From contig CAVYBU010000031.1 in NCBI GenBank assembly GCA_963766735.1, positions 1 to 19,704 on the forward strand: a DNA stretch of 19,704 bases, read 5' to 3'. This stretch comes from an uncultured Chloroflexia bacterium. Lineage in GTDB: Bacteria; Chloroflexota; Limnocylindria; Limnocylindrales; CSP1-4. Every line of letters begins with the position of its first letter. Within the stretch, counting starts at the first letter, position 1. The notes beneath the pieces were generated by a model. That model saw only the letters and a list, made by a program, of their open reading frames with translations, was not told where the DNA came from and searched no databases. Of this stretch, positions 9,402-17,751 are shown piece after piece. Both the position numbers and the translations under genes were made by a program.

Positions 9402-11033
9402 ATGCCCAACATCGTCCACGGGTCCGAGCGTCGCCCGCTCGAACCCGGTCACCTCCTGTTCGACGATGCCGCCGAGCTGGCCGTCGTCGTCCCGGCCTCG
9501 TGCCGCAAGACCGGCCGCTGCCATGAGTGCGTGGTGGAGGTCCGCGCGGGCGGCGACCAGCTCTCGCCGCGCACCGAGGCGGAAGGGTTTCTCGGCGCCG
9601 GCTTCCGGCTGGCCTGCCAGGCCACCGTCGAGCGAGCGGAGCGAGACCTCGAGTTCGTCGTGCTGCGCCGCCGCCTGCGGATCCTCCTGGCCCCGGATGC
9701 GCCGGACACGATGCCGGAGCTGGACCCCGCGGTGAGGGTCGTGGATGGGCGCATGGTCGCAGACGACGGGACAGACCTCGGCCCGGCCATCGGCAGCCCG
9801 GTGGGCGTCGCGATCGACGTCGGCACCACGACGGTCGTGCTCGAGCTGGTGGACCTTGAATCGGGGGCCGTCCTCGCTGTCGCCGCCATCGAGAACCCCC
9901 AGCGGTTCGGCGGCAGCGACGTCATGACCCGGATCTCCTACGACACCGAGATCCCCGGAGAGCTCCGCCAGGCGCTCCGCCGCGCCCTCAACCACGAGCT
10001 GAAGCGTCTCTGCTCCGAGCTGGGCGTGGACCGCCGCCGGCTGGTGGACGTGATGGTCGTGGGCAACCCCACGATGCGGGACCTGGCCTTCGGGCTGGAC
10101 GTGCGCCCCATCGGACGGCTGCCGTACCGGTCCGTGACCGAGACCGCGTGGCGGAGCGGCGAGACGACGACGACGATGGTCACGCGCCGCGCCCACGAGC
10201 TGGGGATGCTCGTCAACCCGCAGGCCCGCGTCACGGGCGGCCCGCTCATCGCCAGCCACGTCGGCGCGGACGCGGCAGCGGACATCGTCGCGGTCGACGC
10301 GGTCGCACGGGGCGGCTCCTTCCTGCTCGTGGACATCGGCACCAACAGCGAGATCATCGCGTCGGACGGCGACCGGGTCCTGGCGGCGTCAAGTCCGGCC
10401 GGTCCGGCGTTCGAGGGTGGCGGCGTCCGCTACGGGATGCCCGGGGCAGACGGTGCGATCGAGGCTGTGCGGCTGGTCAACGACATCCTCGAGATCCGCT
10501 GCATCGGGGATGCGCCGCCGGAAGGGATCTGCGGCTCGGGCCTCGTCGACCTGCTGGCGGAGCTGCGGCGGGCCGACCGGATGAACAATCGTGGCGCATT
10601 CGCCGGCAAGGCCGCGGAGTTCCTGGTCGTCGACGAGCCGAGGATCACCCTGTCGCGGAGCGACGTGAGCCACCTCTCCATCGCGAAGGCGGCCACGGCC
10701 GTCGGCCAGCGCGTGCTCCTCCGCACACTCGGCCTCCGGCCCGCGGACCTGGACCACGTCTACCTCGCGGGCGGGTTCGCCAACGCCCTCGACGTCGAAT
10801 CGGCGATCGACATCGGGTTGCTGGTGGCGGCCCCGATCGAGCGGATCGTCCCGGCCGGGAACGCGTCCATCGGCGGCGCCCGGGCGCTGCTATTGTCCCG
10901 GCAGAGGCGCGCGTCCCTGGAAGCCCTCGTCCGCCGCATCGAGCACGTGGAGCTCGAGTCCGAGCCAGACTTCTTCGACTTGTTCACCGACGGCTGCCTG
11001 TTCGAGCCAATTGTTCCAGGAGGATCCGCATGA
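9402..11033 (+). CDS. ATP-dependent reductive activator of corrinoid proteins (RACo/RamA-like, ASKHA, DUF4445) with N-terminal [2Fe-2S] domain
   Basis: Cx5Cx2C..C pattern (SCRKTGRCHEC..RLACQ), DVGTTTV, NPQRFGGSDVMTRI, VGNPTM, HVGAD, DIGTNSE, GPAFEG, GICGSG, LAGGF, GNAS. Start is ATG 9402 or TTG 9399. Confidence 0.93.
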   Translation: MPNIVHGSERRPLEPGHLLFDDAAELAVVVPASCRKTGRCHECVVEVRAGGDQLSPRTEAEGFLGAGFRLACQATVERAERDLEFVVLRRRLRILLAPDAPDTMPELDPAVRVVDGRMVADDGTDLGPAIGSPVGVAIDVGTTTVVLELVDLESGAVLAVAAIENPQRFGGSDVMTRISYDTEIPGELRQALRRALNHELKRLCSELGVDRRRLVDVMVVGNPTMRDLAFGLDVRPIGRLPYRSVTETAWRSGETTTTMVTRRAHELGMLVNPQARVTGGPLIASHVGADAAADIVAVDAVARGGSFLLVDIGTNSEIIASDGDRVLAASSPAGPAFEGGGVRYGMPGADGAIEAVRLVNDILEIRCIGDAPPEGICGSGLVDLLAELRRADRMNNRGAFAGKAAEFLVVDEPRITLSRSDVSHLSIAKAATAVGQRVLLRTLGLRPADLDHVYLAGGFANALDVESAIDIGLLVAAPIERIVPAGNASIGGARALLLSRQRRASLEALVRRIEHVELESEPDFFDLFTDGCLFEPIVPGGSA

Positions 11034-12796
11034 GCCCCGCCCGATCCCGCCGCGCCGACGCCAATGAGCCGGCGGCCGACCCGGTTGCATCCCTTGCCAC
11101 AACGGGGCCCGGCGCGCTCCGCCGCGTCCTGGGGGATCCGACGGGCTTCGCCACCATCGTCGAGCTCGTCCCCTGGGCCGGTGCGCTTGCCGACGGACGG
11201 GGCACCAAGCCGCTCAAGATGGCCGCCGACCTCGCTGGCGACCCGCGGATCACCGCGCTCTCGATCACTGACAACGCGGGCGGCTATGCGAAGCTCCCGC
11301 CTGACGTTCTGGGCGAGTCCGCCAAGGCGCTCGGTCACGACCCGATCGTCCACGTCGCCTGCCGCGACCGGAACCGGAACGGGATGCAGAGCCTGGGCTG
11401 GGACCTCCTCTCGCGCGGGCTGACCACGGTCCTGGCCCTGACCGGCGACTACCCGGCCCAGGGCTACCGGGGCGGCCCCCGGCCGGTATTCGACATCGAC
11501 TCCGTCGGTCTGCTCGCCCTCCTGCGCCGGCTGGGTGCCGAGGCCGTCGTCAGGGCGGAGGCGGACGGCGCCGAGGACCCGGGCGCCAACGACTTCTACC
11601 TCGGCTGCGCGATCGACCCCTTCAAGCGGCTCGAGCGCGACGCCGTCCCGCAGCTCCTCAAGCTGGCCTTCAAGGTCCGTTCCGGTGCCGACTACGCGAT
11701 CACCCAGGTCGGCTACGACGCGCACCGCCAGGACCAGCTCCTGCGCTGGATGCGCCGCGAGCGGATCGACGTGCCCGTGATCGCCAACGCGTACATCCTG
11801 TCCGCCCCGGTCGCCCGCGCGTTCAACGCCGGCAAGGTCCCGGGCTGTGTCGTCACCGACGCGCTGCTCGAGGTCGCGGAGCGCGAGGCCAAGGCCGCCG
11901 ACAAGGGCCGTGCCTTCTTCCTCGAGTTCGCCGCCAAGCAGCTGGTGGTCAGTCGCGGCCTCGGCTTCCGGGGGATCTACATCTCCGGCCACCGCGACGC
12001 GGGCGAGGTCCGCCGGATCCTCGAGATGGCGGACGCCCACCCGGCGGACGATTGGCGCGCGCTGGTCAAGGACGTCAGCTGGGGCCTGCCCGGCTCGTTC
12101 GAGATGTTCGCGGGCGATGGGGCCGGACTCTCCACCGACGAGCTGGCGAAGGGCTACCGCACCTCGCTATCGACAGGGTCCCGGCTTCGCGCGCGCAGCC
12201 GCGTCTCGCCGTTCTACCGCCTCAACCGCGTCCTCCACGAACGGGTCTTCGCGGCTGGCACGCCGGGCTTCGAGACCTGGGCCAGGTTCTACGGCGCCGT
12301 CGAGCAGCGCGGCCTGGCGAAGCCGGTCCACCTCCTCGAGCATGCGGCCAAGCTGCCGATGTTCGACTGCCGGGATTGCGGCGACTGCTCCCTGCCTGAC
12401 ATCGCCTACCTGTGCCCCGAGTCCCACTGCCAGAAGAACCAGCGCAACGGTCCCTGTGGCGGCGCGCTCGACGGCATGTGCGAGGTCCCGGGCCACACCT
12501 GTGTCTGGGCAGATGCGTACACGCGGCTCAAGCCGTACGGCGAGGAGCTGACGATGCTGGACCGGGCTCCGGTCGTCCAGGACAACGAGCTGCGGCGAAC
12601 CAGCGCGTGGGCGAACACGTTCCTCGGTCGCGACCACTACGCCACGGACAGCAAGGCCGCACTCGCGGTGGCTGCGCCCCCCAAGCCGGCCGCCAAGCCG
12701 GCCCCCAAGCTGGACGCCGCAGCCGCGCCAGCCGCTCCCGCCCTCGCCGCTCCCGCCGTCTCCACCCCCGAGCCCGAGAAAGGACCCACGGCATGA
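11030..12796 (+). CDS. metF: Methylenetetrahydrofolate reductase: MetF domain fused to C-terminal Cys-rich MetV/MTHFR_C domain, 588 aa
   Basis: SITDNAGG, HVACRDRNR, LALTGD, VFDIDSV, KVRSGADYAITQVGYD. The C-terminal domain has CRDCGDC..CPESHC.KNQRNGPCGG..GMCEV..CVW. Start ATG 11030 overlaps the RACo stop (ATGA) and has an AGGAGG RBS. Confidence 0.9.
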   Translation: MSPARSRRADANEPAADPVASLATTGPGALRRVLGDPTGFATIVELVPWAGALADGRGTKPLKMAADLAGDPRITALSITDNAGGYAKLPPDVLGESAKALGHDPIVHVACRDRNRNGMQSLGWDLLSRGLTTVLALTGDYPAQGYRGGPRPVFDIDSVGLLALLRRLGAEAVVRAEADGAEDPGANDFYLGCAIDPFKRLERDAVPQLLKLAFKVRSGADYAITQVGYDAHRQDQLLRWMRRERIDVPVIANAYILSAPVARAFNAGKVPGCVVTDALLEVAEREAKAADKGRAFFLEFAAKQLVVSRGLGFRGIYISGHRDAGEVRRILEMADAHPADDWRALVKDVSWGLPGSFEMFAGDGAGLSTDELAKGYRTSLSTGSRLRARSRVSPFYRLNRVLHERVFAAGTPGFETWARFYGAVEQRGLAKPVHLLEHAAKLPMFDCRDCGDCSLPDIAYLCPESHCQKNQRNGPCGGALDGMCEVPGHTCVWADAYTRLKPYGEELTMLDRAPVVQDNELRRTSAWANTFLGRDHYATDSKAALAVAAPPKPAAKPAPKLDAAAAPAAPALAAPAVSTPEPEKGPTA

Positions 12797-13839
12797 GGCC
12801 CGACCGAACCGGCACCCCGTTCCTCGTCGTCGGCGAGAACATCCACGCCACCCGGATCCTCAAGCGGACCGGCAAGCATGCCGCCGAGCTGCCGGACGGC
12901 TCCGTCGGCATCGGGTTCGAGGGCCCGGACGGGTCCCGCCTGGTCCTCCCGGTCCACCCGTCCCTGATCGATGGACGGGACTTCGGCCAGGGCAAGATCA
13001 AGCACGTTGCCAGCGCCATCCGCTGGGGGCTCGACGGTGGTGATCAGGCAGCCACGGCCGCCGCGTACATCCAGGTCCTCGCGGCCCGCCAGGAGCGGAC
13101 CGGCGCGGACTGGCTGGACCTCAACGCCGACGAGATCGCGTCCGAGTCCGAGATCCGTGCCCAGGGCATGGCCTGGCTGGTCGTGACCGTCGAGGCGACG
13201 GCCGGCGTGCCGGTGTCGATCGACTCGTCGGACGTCGCGGTGCTCGCGGCGGGGGTCGCCGCCTCCACCCAGCCCGCAGGCAGGCTCCTGCTCAACTCCG
13301 CCTCGATCGAGCGTCCGGAGGTCCTCGAGCTGGCGGCCGCCAGCGGGTGCGCGGTGATCCTCGCGGCCAGCAGCGCCGGCGGGATGCCGGCCAACGCCGA
13401 GGAGCGCGTGGCCAACGCCATCAACCTGGTCGAGGCGGCGGTGGCCCGGGCCATCCCGGCGGATCATCTCTACGTGGACCCGCTCGTCCTGCCCGTCGCG
13501 GTTGCGCCGGAGGCCCCGCAGCACGTCCTCGAGGCGGCCCGCCAGCTCCGGGCGGAGTACGGCGACACGATCCACCTGACCGGCGGCCTGTCCAACGTCT
13601 CGTTCGGCATGCCGGAGCGGCGCCTGCTCAACGACACGTTCATCGACCTCGCAGCCGCAGTGGGCATCAACAGCGGGATCATCGATCCCGTGGCATCGGA
13701 CCTCTCGCGTGTGTTCGGCGCCGACCGCGACAGCGAGCCATACAAGCTGGCGGCGGACATGCTGCTGGGTCGGGACCCGTTCGGCGGCGAGTACGTGGCC
13801 GCGTTCCGGGCGGGGCGGCTGGGCGGTGGCGAGGCGTAG
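12793..13839 (+). CDS. Methyl-THF:corrinoid methyltransferase (pterin-binding TIM barrel, MtgA/AcsE-like MT2), 348 aa
   Basis: VVGENIH, RQERTGADWLDLN, PVSIDS, LLNSAS, YVDPLVLP, GGLSNVSFGMPERRLLN, GIIDP. Start ATG 12793 overlaps the metF stop (ATGA) and has an AAAGGA RBS. Confidence 0.88.
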   Translation: MRPDRTGTPFLVVGENIHATRILKRTGKHAAELPDGSVGIGFEGPDGSRLVLPVHPSLIDGRDFGQGKIKHVASAIRWGLDGGDQAATAAAYIQVLAARQERTGADWLDLNADEIASESEIRAQGMAWLVVTVEATAGVPVSIDSSDVAVLAAGVAASTQPAGRLLLNSASIERPEVLELAAASGCAVILAASSAGGMPANAEERVANAINLVEAAVARAIPADHLYVDPLVLPVAVAPEAPQHVLEAARQLRAEYGDTIHLTGGLSNVSFGMPERRLLNDTFIDLAAAVGINSGIIDPVASDLSRVFGADRDSEPYKLAADMLLGRDPFGGEYVAAFRAGRLGGGEA

Positions 13840-13862
13840 CTGAAGGGAGGCGTAGCTGAAGG
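13831..13862. repeat. Perfect 16-bp tandem duplication GAGGCGTAGCTGAAGG x2 spanning the stop codon
   Basis: Copies at 13831-13846 and 13847-13862. Confidence 0.85.
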
Positions 13863-13883
13863 AGGGTGGGAGCCCCTTTCAGC
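13855..13883. terminator. Imperfect hairpin at a convergent junction, possible bidirectional terminator
   Basis: GCTGAAGG(A)GG pairs with CCCCTTTCAGC. No clear U-tract. Confidence 0.35.
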
Positions 13884-14655
13884 CGGCGGCGGCCTCCACT
13901 GGCACCGCCTTCACCACGCCGTCGTCGTAGCTCATGGCCAGGCGCTCGCCGGGCTGCAGCGTGAGCATGTCGTCGCCCCAGTCTCCGTCGATCAGCCGGC
14001 GCACCAGGATCATGTTGCCCTCGACGCGCTCGAAGGCCCATCCCCGCCGCTCGGCCTGCTCGCGCGCCACCGCCTCGGAGCCCGTGTCGTCGGCGACACC
14101 CATGGAGACGAACGCGGCGCGCCCGTAGTGGACCTGCCACGCGCCGAGCACCTCCATGAGGTAGTCCGCGTTGTCCTCGCCGTACTTCGCCACGTACTCC
14201 GCGCGGGTCTCCTCCATCTGGGCGTCGGTATCGCTGCCGACGCCGAAGTTGCCGATGCTCGTCCCGTAGCCTTCGCCCCGCTCCAGCTGGTCCGCCACGT
14301 ACCAGTAGGTGGCCGGGCCGCTGGTCTCGGCCGTGTACCGCTCCCGGGCGCCGAGGAACAGCGTGATGCAGTCGTGGGCACGGGGCAGGATCACCGGTAT
14401 GTCGCGGGCCACGAGCCCGGCCGCCGCCCCACCGCACAGCCCGTAGCCCAGGACGATGGCGTCGTGGTCGGGCCCGGTGGCGTCGATCGCCGCCTGGAGC
14501 GTGGAGCGCAGGTCCGGCGGCTCGTTGTGGAGGCCGCGCCGGAGCAGCGTCACGTCCACCACGTGGGGCGACCGGGAGGCACACAGGTAGACCGGGCGGG
14601 CGAGGATGTCGCAGGCGATGACGTGGAGGCGCATCAGGCTGAAGGTGAGCTGCAT
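13879..14655 (-). CDS. DUF1638 domain protein (associated with corrinoid methyltransferase loci)
   Basis: HVIAC, GLHNEPPDLR, IVLGYGLCG, PRAHDCITLFLG, KYGEDNA. Alternative start at MRLHVIAC (14634). Confidence 0.85.
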   Translation of the reverse strand: MQLTFSLMRLHVIACDILARPVYLCASRSPHVVDVTLLRRGLHNEPPDLRSTLQAAIDATGPDHDAIVLGYGLCGGAAAGLVARDIPVILPRAHDCITLFLGARERYTAETSGPATYWYVADQLERGEGYGTSIGNFGVGSDTDAQMEETRAEYVAKYGEDNADYLMEVLGAWQVHYGRAAFVSMGVADDTGSEAVAREQAERRGWAFERVEGNMILVRRLIDGDWGDDMLTLQPGERLAMSYDDGVVKAVPVEAAAG

Positions 14656-14722
14656 CGCGTGATGCTACCGGGCCGAGGTCATGTACGGGTGAAGCAGCCG
14701 CGCCAGCCCTCGCGCTGGTGAC

Positions 14723-15886
14723 TCAGCCCCGCAGCGGGTACCGCCCGAACTCCTCGACCGCGTCCACCATCGCCAGCACGTTCTCCGGGGGCACGTCGCC
14801 CATGACCGTGTGCACGGCGCCCAGCATGTAACCACCATCCGTGCCGAGCGTCTCGATCACCCGCTTGACCTCGGCACGCACCTCGCCTGGGGTCCCGTGC
14901 GGCAGCACGTGGTGGGTGTCCATGCCGCCGCAGAACACCAGGTTGTTCCCGAACCTCCGCTTGAGCCCGGCGAAGTCGCTCATGCCCCCGGCCGATGCCT
15001 GGACAGGGTTGAGGACGTCCACCCCGATCTCGATGAAGTCGCCCAGGAGGTCATAGACGTCGCCGTCGGTATGGAACACGATCGGCGCCTTCGTCCGCTC
15101 CCGGATGAAGGCGATCAGGTCCGCGTGGATCGGCTTGAGCATCCGCCGGTACATCGCAGGCGACATGAGGAGCCCCACCTGGGACCCCAGGTCGTCGCCG
15201 ATCTTCACCATGTCGATGAGGTCGCCGCACTCACGCAGGAAGCCGTCCATCAGCCCCTTGCACAGCGACTGCGTCTTCCACAGGAGCGCCTCCGCGAACT
15301 CCGGCTCACCCGCCAGGTTGGCGAGGAAGTTGTCTGTGCCCTGCATGGCAAACGCGCGCTCCAGCGGGAACGCCAGCCAGGGCGTGCCCATCGAGGCGTA
15401 GACGTTCTCGTCGCGCAGACGTCGGGCCTCCGCCCGGACGTGCGCGTACCGGGTGGGGTCCGTCATGTCCGGCCACGGGTGGGCCTCGATCTCGGGGAGC
15501 GTGTACGCATCAGCGAGCGGATGGATCCCCGGGAACCATTCGCCCGGGCCGCTCTCGAGGTGGCCGCTGCCCCAGTCGTCGATGTACGGGGAGTGGGGCT
15601 CCCGGCTGGCATTCCGCTCCCGGACCGCGGCCGGAAAGCGGTCCTCCACGCCGCGGACATCGGCATGGAGGCGCCGGTAGGTCGTCTCGTCCGGTCTGGC
15701 CGTGCCGAGCTCGGGCCACTCGTAGATGTACTCGTCCGGCGCCTCGATGCCCTCCAGGGCCTTGATGGCGCGGTAGGTGGACATCTTGATGCCCGTCGCG
15801 TTGCTCGGGCCCAGCACGATAGGCACGCGGTCAGGAGTCTCGTGGGCAAGCGTCGCGAGCACGCGCTCGCGGGGCGTCATCGGCAT
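14723..15886 (-). CDS. Uroporphyrinogen decarboxylase / MtaA-CmuA superfamily TIM-barrel protein, 387 aa
   Basis: MTPRERVLATL..PDRVP, DDWG, GDDLGSQ..LMSP..YRR, FHTDG, GVDVLNPVQ, FCGGMDT, GTPGEVRAEV, GGYML..H, VPPENV. Confidence 0.88.
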   Translation of the reverse strand: MPMTPRERVLATLAHETPDRVPIVLGPSNATGIKMSTYRAIKALEGIEAPDEYIYEWPELGTARPDETTYRRLHADVRGVEDRFPAAVRERNASREPHSPYIDDWGSGHLESGPGEWFPGIHPLADAYTLPEIEAHPWPDMTDPTRYAHVRAEARRLRDENVYASMGTPWLAFPLERAFAMQGTDNFLANLAGEPEFAEALLWKTQSLCKGLMDGFLRECGDLIDMVKIGDDLGSQVGLLMSPAMYRRMLKPIHADLIAFIRERTKAPIVFHTDGDVYDLLGDFIEIGVDVLNPVQASAGGMSDFAGLKRRFGNNLVFCGGMDTHHVLPHGTPGEVRAEVKRVIETLGTDGGYMLGAVHTVMGDVPPENVLAMVDAVEEFGRYPLRG

Positions 15887-15927
15887 CGGGCCCCCAGTCG
15901 CCGGACTCGACGCCGGCCTGTCGCGCC

Positions 15928-15954
15928 AGCCTATCGCGTCGGCCGTGGTAGCGT
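15928..15954. promoter_or_regulatory. Back-to-back -10 boxes: TAGGCT on minus (15928-15933) and extended TGgTAGCGT on plus (15946-15954)
   Basis: TAnnnT matches about 40-50 nt upstream of each divergent start. Confidence 0.4.
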
Positions 15955-16001
15955 CCGCTCATCGGCGTCGCGTCCACGGCGCCCACGCAGGGAGGCGCAC
16001 G

Positions 16002-16406
16002 ATGCCAGGCAGCGGCACCCGCGAGGACCCCTGGGCGTTGGTCACGGCGAACGGAGGGTCGGCCTACTCGATGTGGCGCGACGAGGCAGCGGACCCGCCG
16101 GCCCTCGTCTGCCAGGTGGGCTCCACCCAGCTCCGCTACCACCTCCGAGCGATCGAAGACCTGCACGCCTGGCTGCGTGAGCAGGGCGATTGGGTCCCGC
16201 TCGGCGGTGCCGATGAGCAGAAGACGGCAGCGGACGGTTCCGTGGAAGCCTGGGCACGGTCCGACGACAACCCGGTCGACGGCTGGTACGGGCTCCGCAA
16301 GGGCTACCGGGGCCGGTTCGGCGCATATCTCCCGCCCCTGCTGGAGGAGCTTGGCCTCGTGGAGCTGGAACACAACCCGAAGAACAACCGGGTCCGCGCC
16401 CGGTAG
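16002..16406 (+). CDS. Conserved hypothetical protein, DUF6855-like, 134 aa
   Basis: GTREDPW..DPPALVCQVGST.LRY..VEAWARSDDNPVDGWYGLRKGYRGRFG.Y.PPLLE; family recalled from memory. GGAGG RBS before ATG 16002. Confidence 0.78.
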   Translation: MPGSGTREDPWALVTANGGSAYSMWRDEAADPPALVCQVGSTQLRYHLRAIEDLHAWLREQGDWVPLGGADEQKTAADGSVEAWARSDDNPVDGWYGLRKGYRGRFGAYLPPLLEELGLVELEHNPKNNRVRAR

Positions 16407-16456
16407 GGTCGGCGGCTTCTCAGGCAGCCATCAGCCGGTCAGGGCATTCTTAGCCG

Positions 16457-17599
16457 GTGACGAACCAGACATCCCCACGCCCCGAACCCGACGGATCCAG
16501 GCCCCGCACAACCGGCGAGCAGCTGCGCCCCGAGGCCGCTGGCGGGACGTCTCGCCGGCTGGCCGTGACGGCGCTCGCGCTGTCCATCGCGGGCGTGGCC
16601 ATCGCGGCATGGGCCGTGTTCGCCCCGGGGGCCGCGAACTGCCAGGCCGAAGCCTGGGACACGACGCCTGCGGCTGCGGATCTGCCGGCGGGCTGGTCGC
16701 TCGCCTCCAGCCAGTACGACGTCGCCCGCAAGTCCATGTCCCTGCTCGGTTCCCTGCCCGCCGACGAGACCGTGAGCCAGGCCGTGGTGTATGCCACCGT
16801 CACCTGCTACCAGCATGGTGCGGCAGACGCGGTCACCCGATCGGCCGACGCGGCGACCGCAGCCGGTCAGTTCGTGACCGACCGTGACGACCTCGGCGAC
16901 CAGGGGTTCAGCGCGGCGGACGACTCCGGCGCCACGTTCCTGCAGTTCCGTCACGACCGGCTGGTGGTGTACCTGGCGGCCTCCGGCGACGCGACCGCGA
17001 CCGAGGTGGACCAGCTGGCATCGGCATTCGACCTGGCCCTGGGCGGCGACGGCGGGGCCGTGGCGATCGGGACCCCCGGCGCGGCAAGCCCGGTGCCCAG
17101 CGACGACGTGGCGGCGGCCGGCCCGAGCGACGACATCCCGCCGGAGGTCGCCGTCCCGGAGCTGGAGGCCGTGTTGCCGACCGGGGTGGGCGACATCGTC
17201 ATGACCGTGGACAGTGCAACCGGCAGCATGATGTTCGGCGAGGACCCGGTGAGCCGTGCGATCACGGCTGCCCTGCGCGCGGATGGACGCCAGCCCGACG
17301 ATCTCGGCTTGGCACAGGCGTACGACGAGACATTCGAGTCCGATCTCGAGATCACGGCCATCGCCGTGGATGGCATGAGCGGCGACAAGGTCCGGCCGGT
17401 CGTCATGGAATCCTGGCTGGGGGCGACCGGCGCGGGCATCACCACGGAGACCGTCACCCTGGCCGGCACCGAGTTCACCCGCGTGGACTACGGCGACGAC
17501 GGCGCCATGGACTACGTCACGACCAGGGGAGACGTGGTCTTCGTGATCAGTACCGCGGATCCGGTGCTCGCTGCGGAGGCCGCCGCAGCCCTGCCCTGA
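16457..17599 (+). CDS. Hypothetical membrane-anchored, acidic extracytoplasmic protein, 380 aa
   Basis: Single N-terminal TM (RRLAVTALALSIAGVAIAAWAVFA), two Cys, and two globular-looking regions joined by a Pro/Ala/Ser linker. Strong GC3 codon bias. GTG start. Confidence 0.75.
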   Translation: MTNQTSPRPEPDGSRPRTTGEQLRPEAAGGTSRRLAVTALALSIAGVAIAAWAVFAPGAANCQAEAWDTTPAAADLPAGWSLASSQYDVARKSMSLLGSLPADETVSQAVVYATVTCYQHGAADAVTRSADAATAAGQFVTDRDDLGDQGFSAADDSGATFLQFRHDRLVVYLAASGDATATEVDQLASAFDLALGGDGGAVAIGTPGAASPVPSDDVAAAGPSDDIPPEVAVPELEAVLPTGVGDIVMTVDSATGSMMFGEDPVSRAITAALRADGRQPDDLGLAQAYDETFESDLEITAIAVDGMSGDKVRPVVMESWLGATGAGITTETVTLAGTEFTRVDYGDDGAMDYVTTRGDVVFVISTADPVLAAEAAAALP

Positions 17600-17620
17600 G
17601 GCCACCGGACGCAGCACCCC

Positions 17621-17660
17621 CGGACCACCCCGGACCACCCCGGACCACCCCGGACGACCC
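17621..17660. repeat. 10-bp tandem repeat (CGGACCACCC)x3 plus CGGACGACCC
   Basis: Read directly in the intergenic region; no spacers between units. Confidence 0.9.
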
Positions 17661-17751
17661 AGCACCAGCCCTTTCGCCCCCAACGAGACGCGCGTATGCT
17701 CGTTGTCATAGGTGCGGTCGCCACCTCGGCTGCACGGATGGAGGGCCGATC

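Noticed and set aside
10148-11029. 882-aa version of MetF (and the 475-aa version of the MT2 from 12412)
   Set aside because: The extensions overlap upstream genes out of frame. True starts at 11030 and 12793 have an SD and ATGA coupling.
12793-13839. Dihydropteroate synthase (folP)
   Set aside because: Has GLSNVSFG and GENIH of methyl-THF methyltransferases and lacks the FolP TPDSFSDG and SRK motifs.
14723-15886. True hemE
   Set aside because: Lacks the RQAGRY motif and has no tetrapyrrole gene context.
17621-17660. CRISPR array
   Set aside because: 10-bp units with no spacers and no cas genes.
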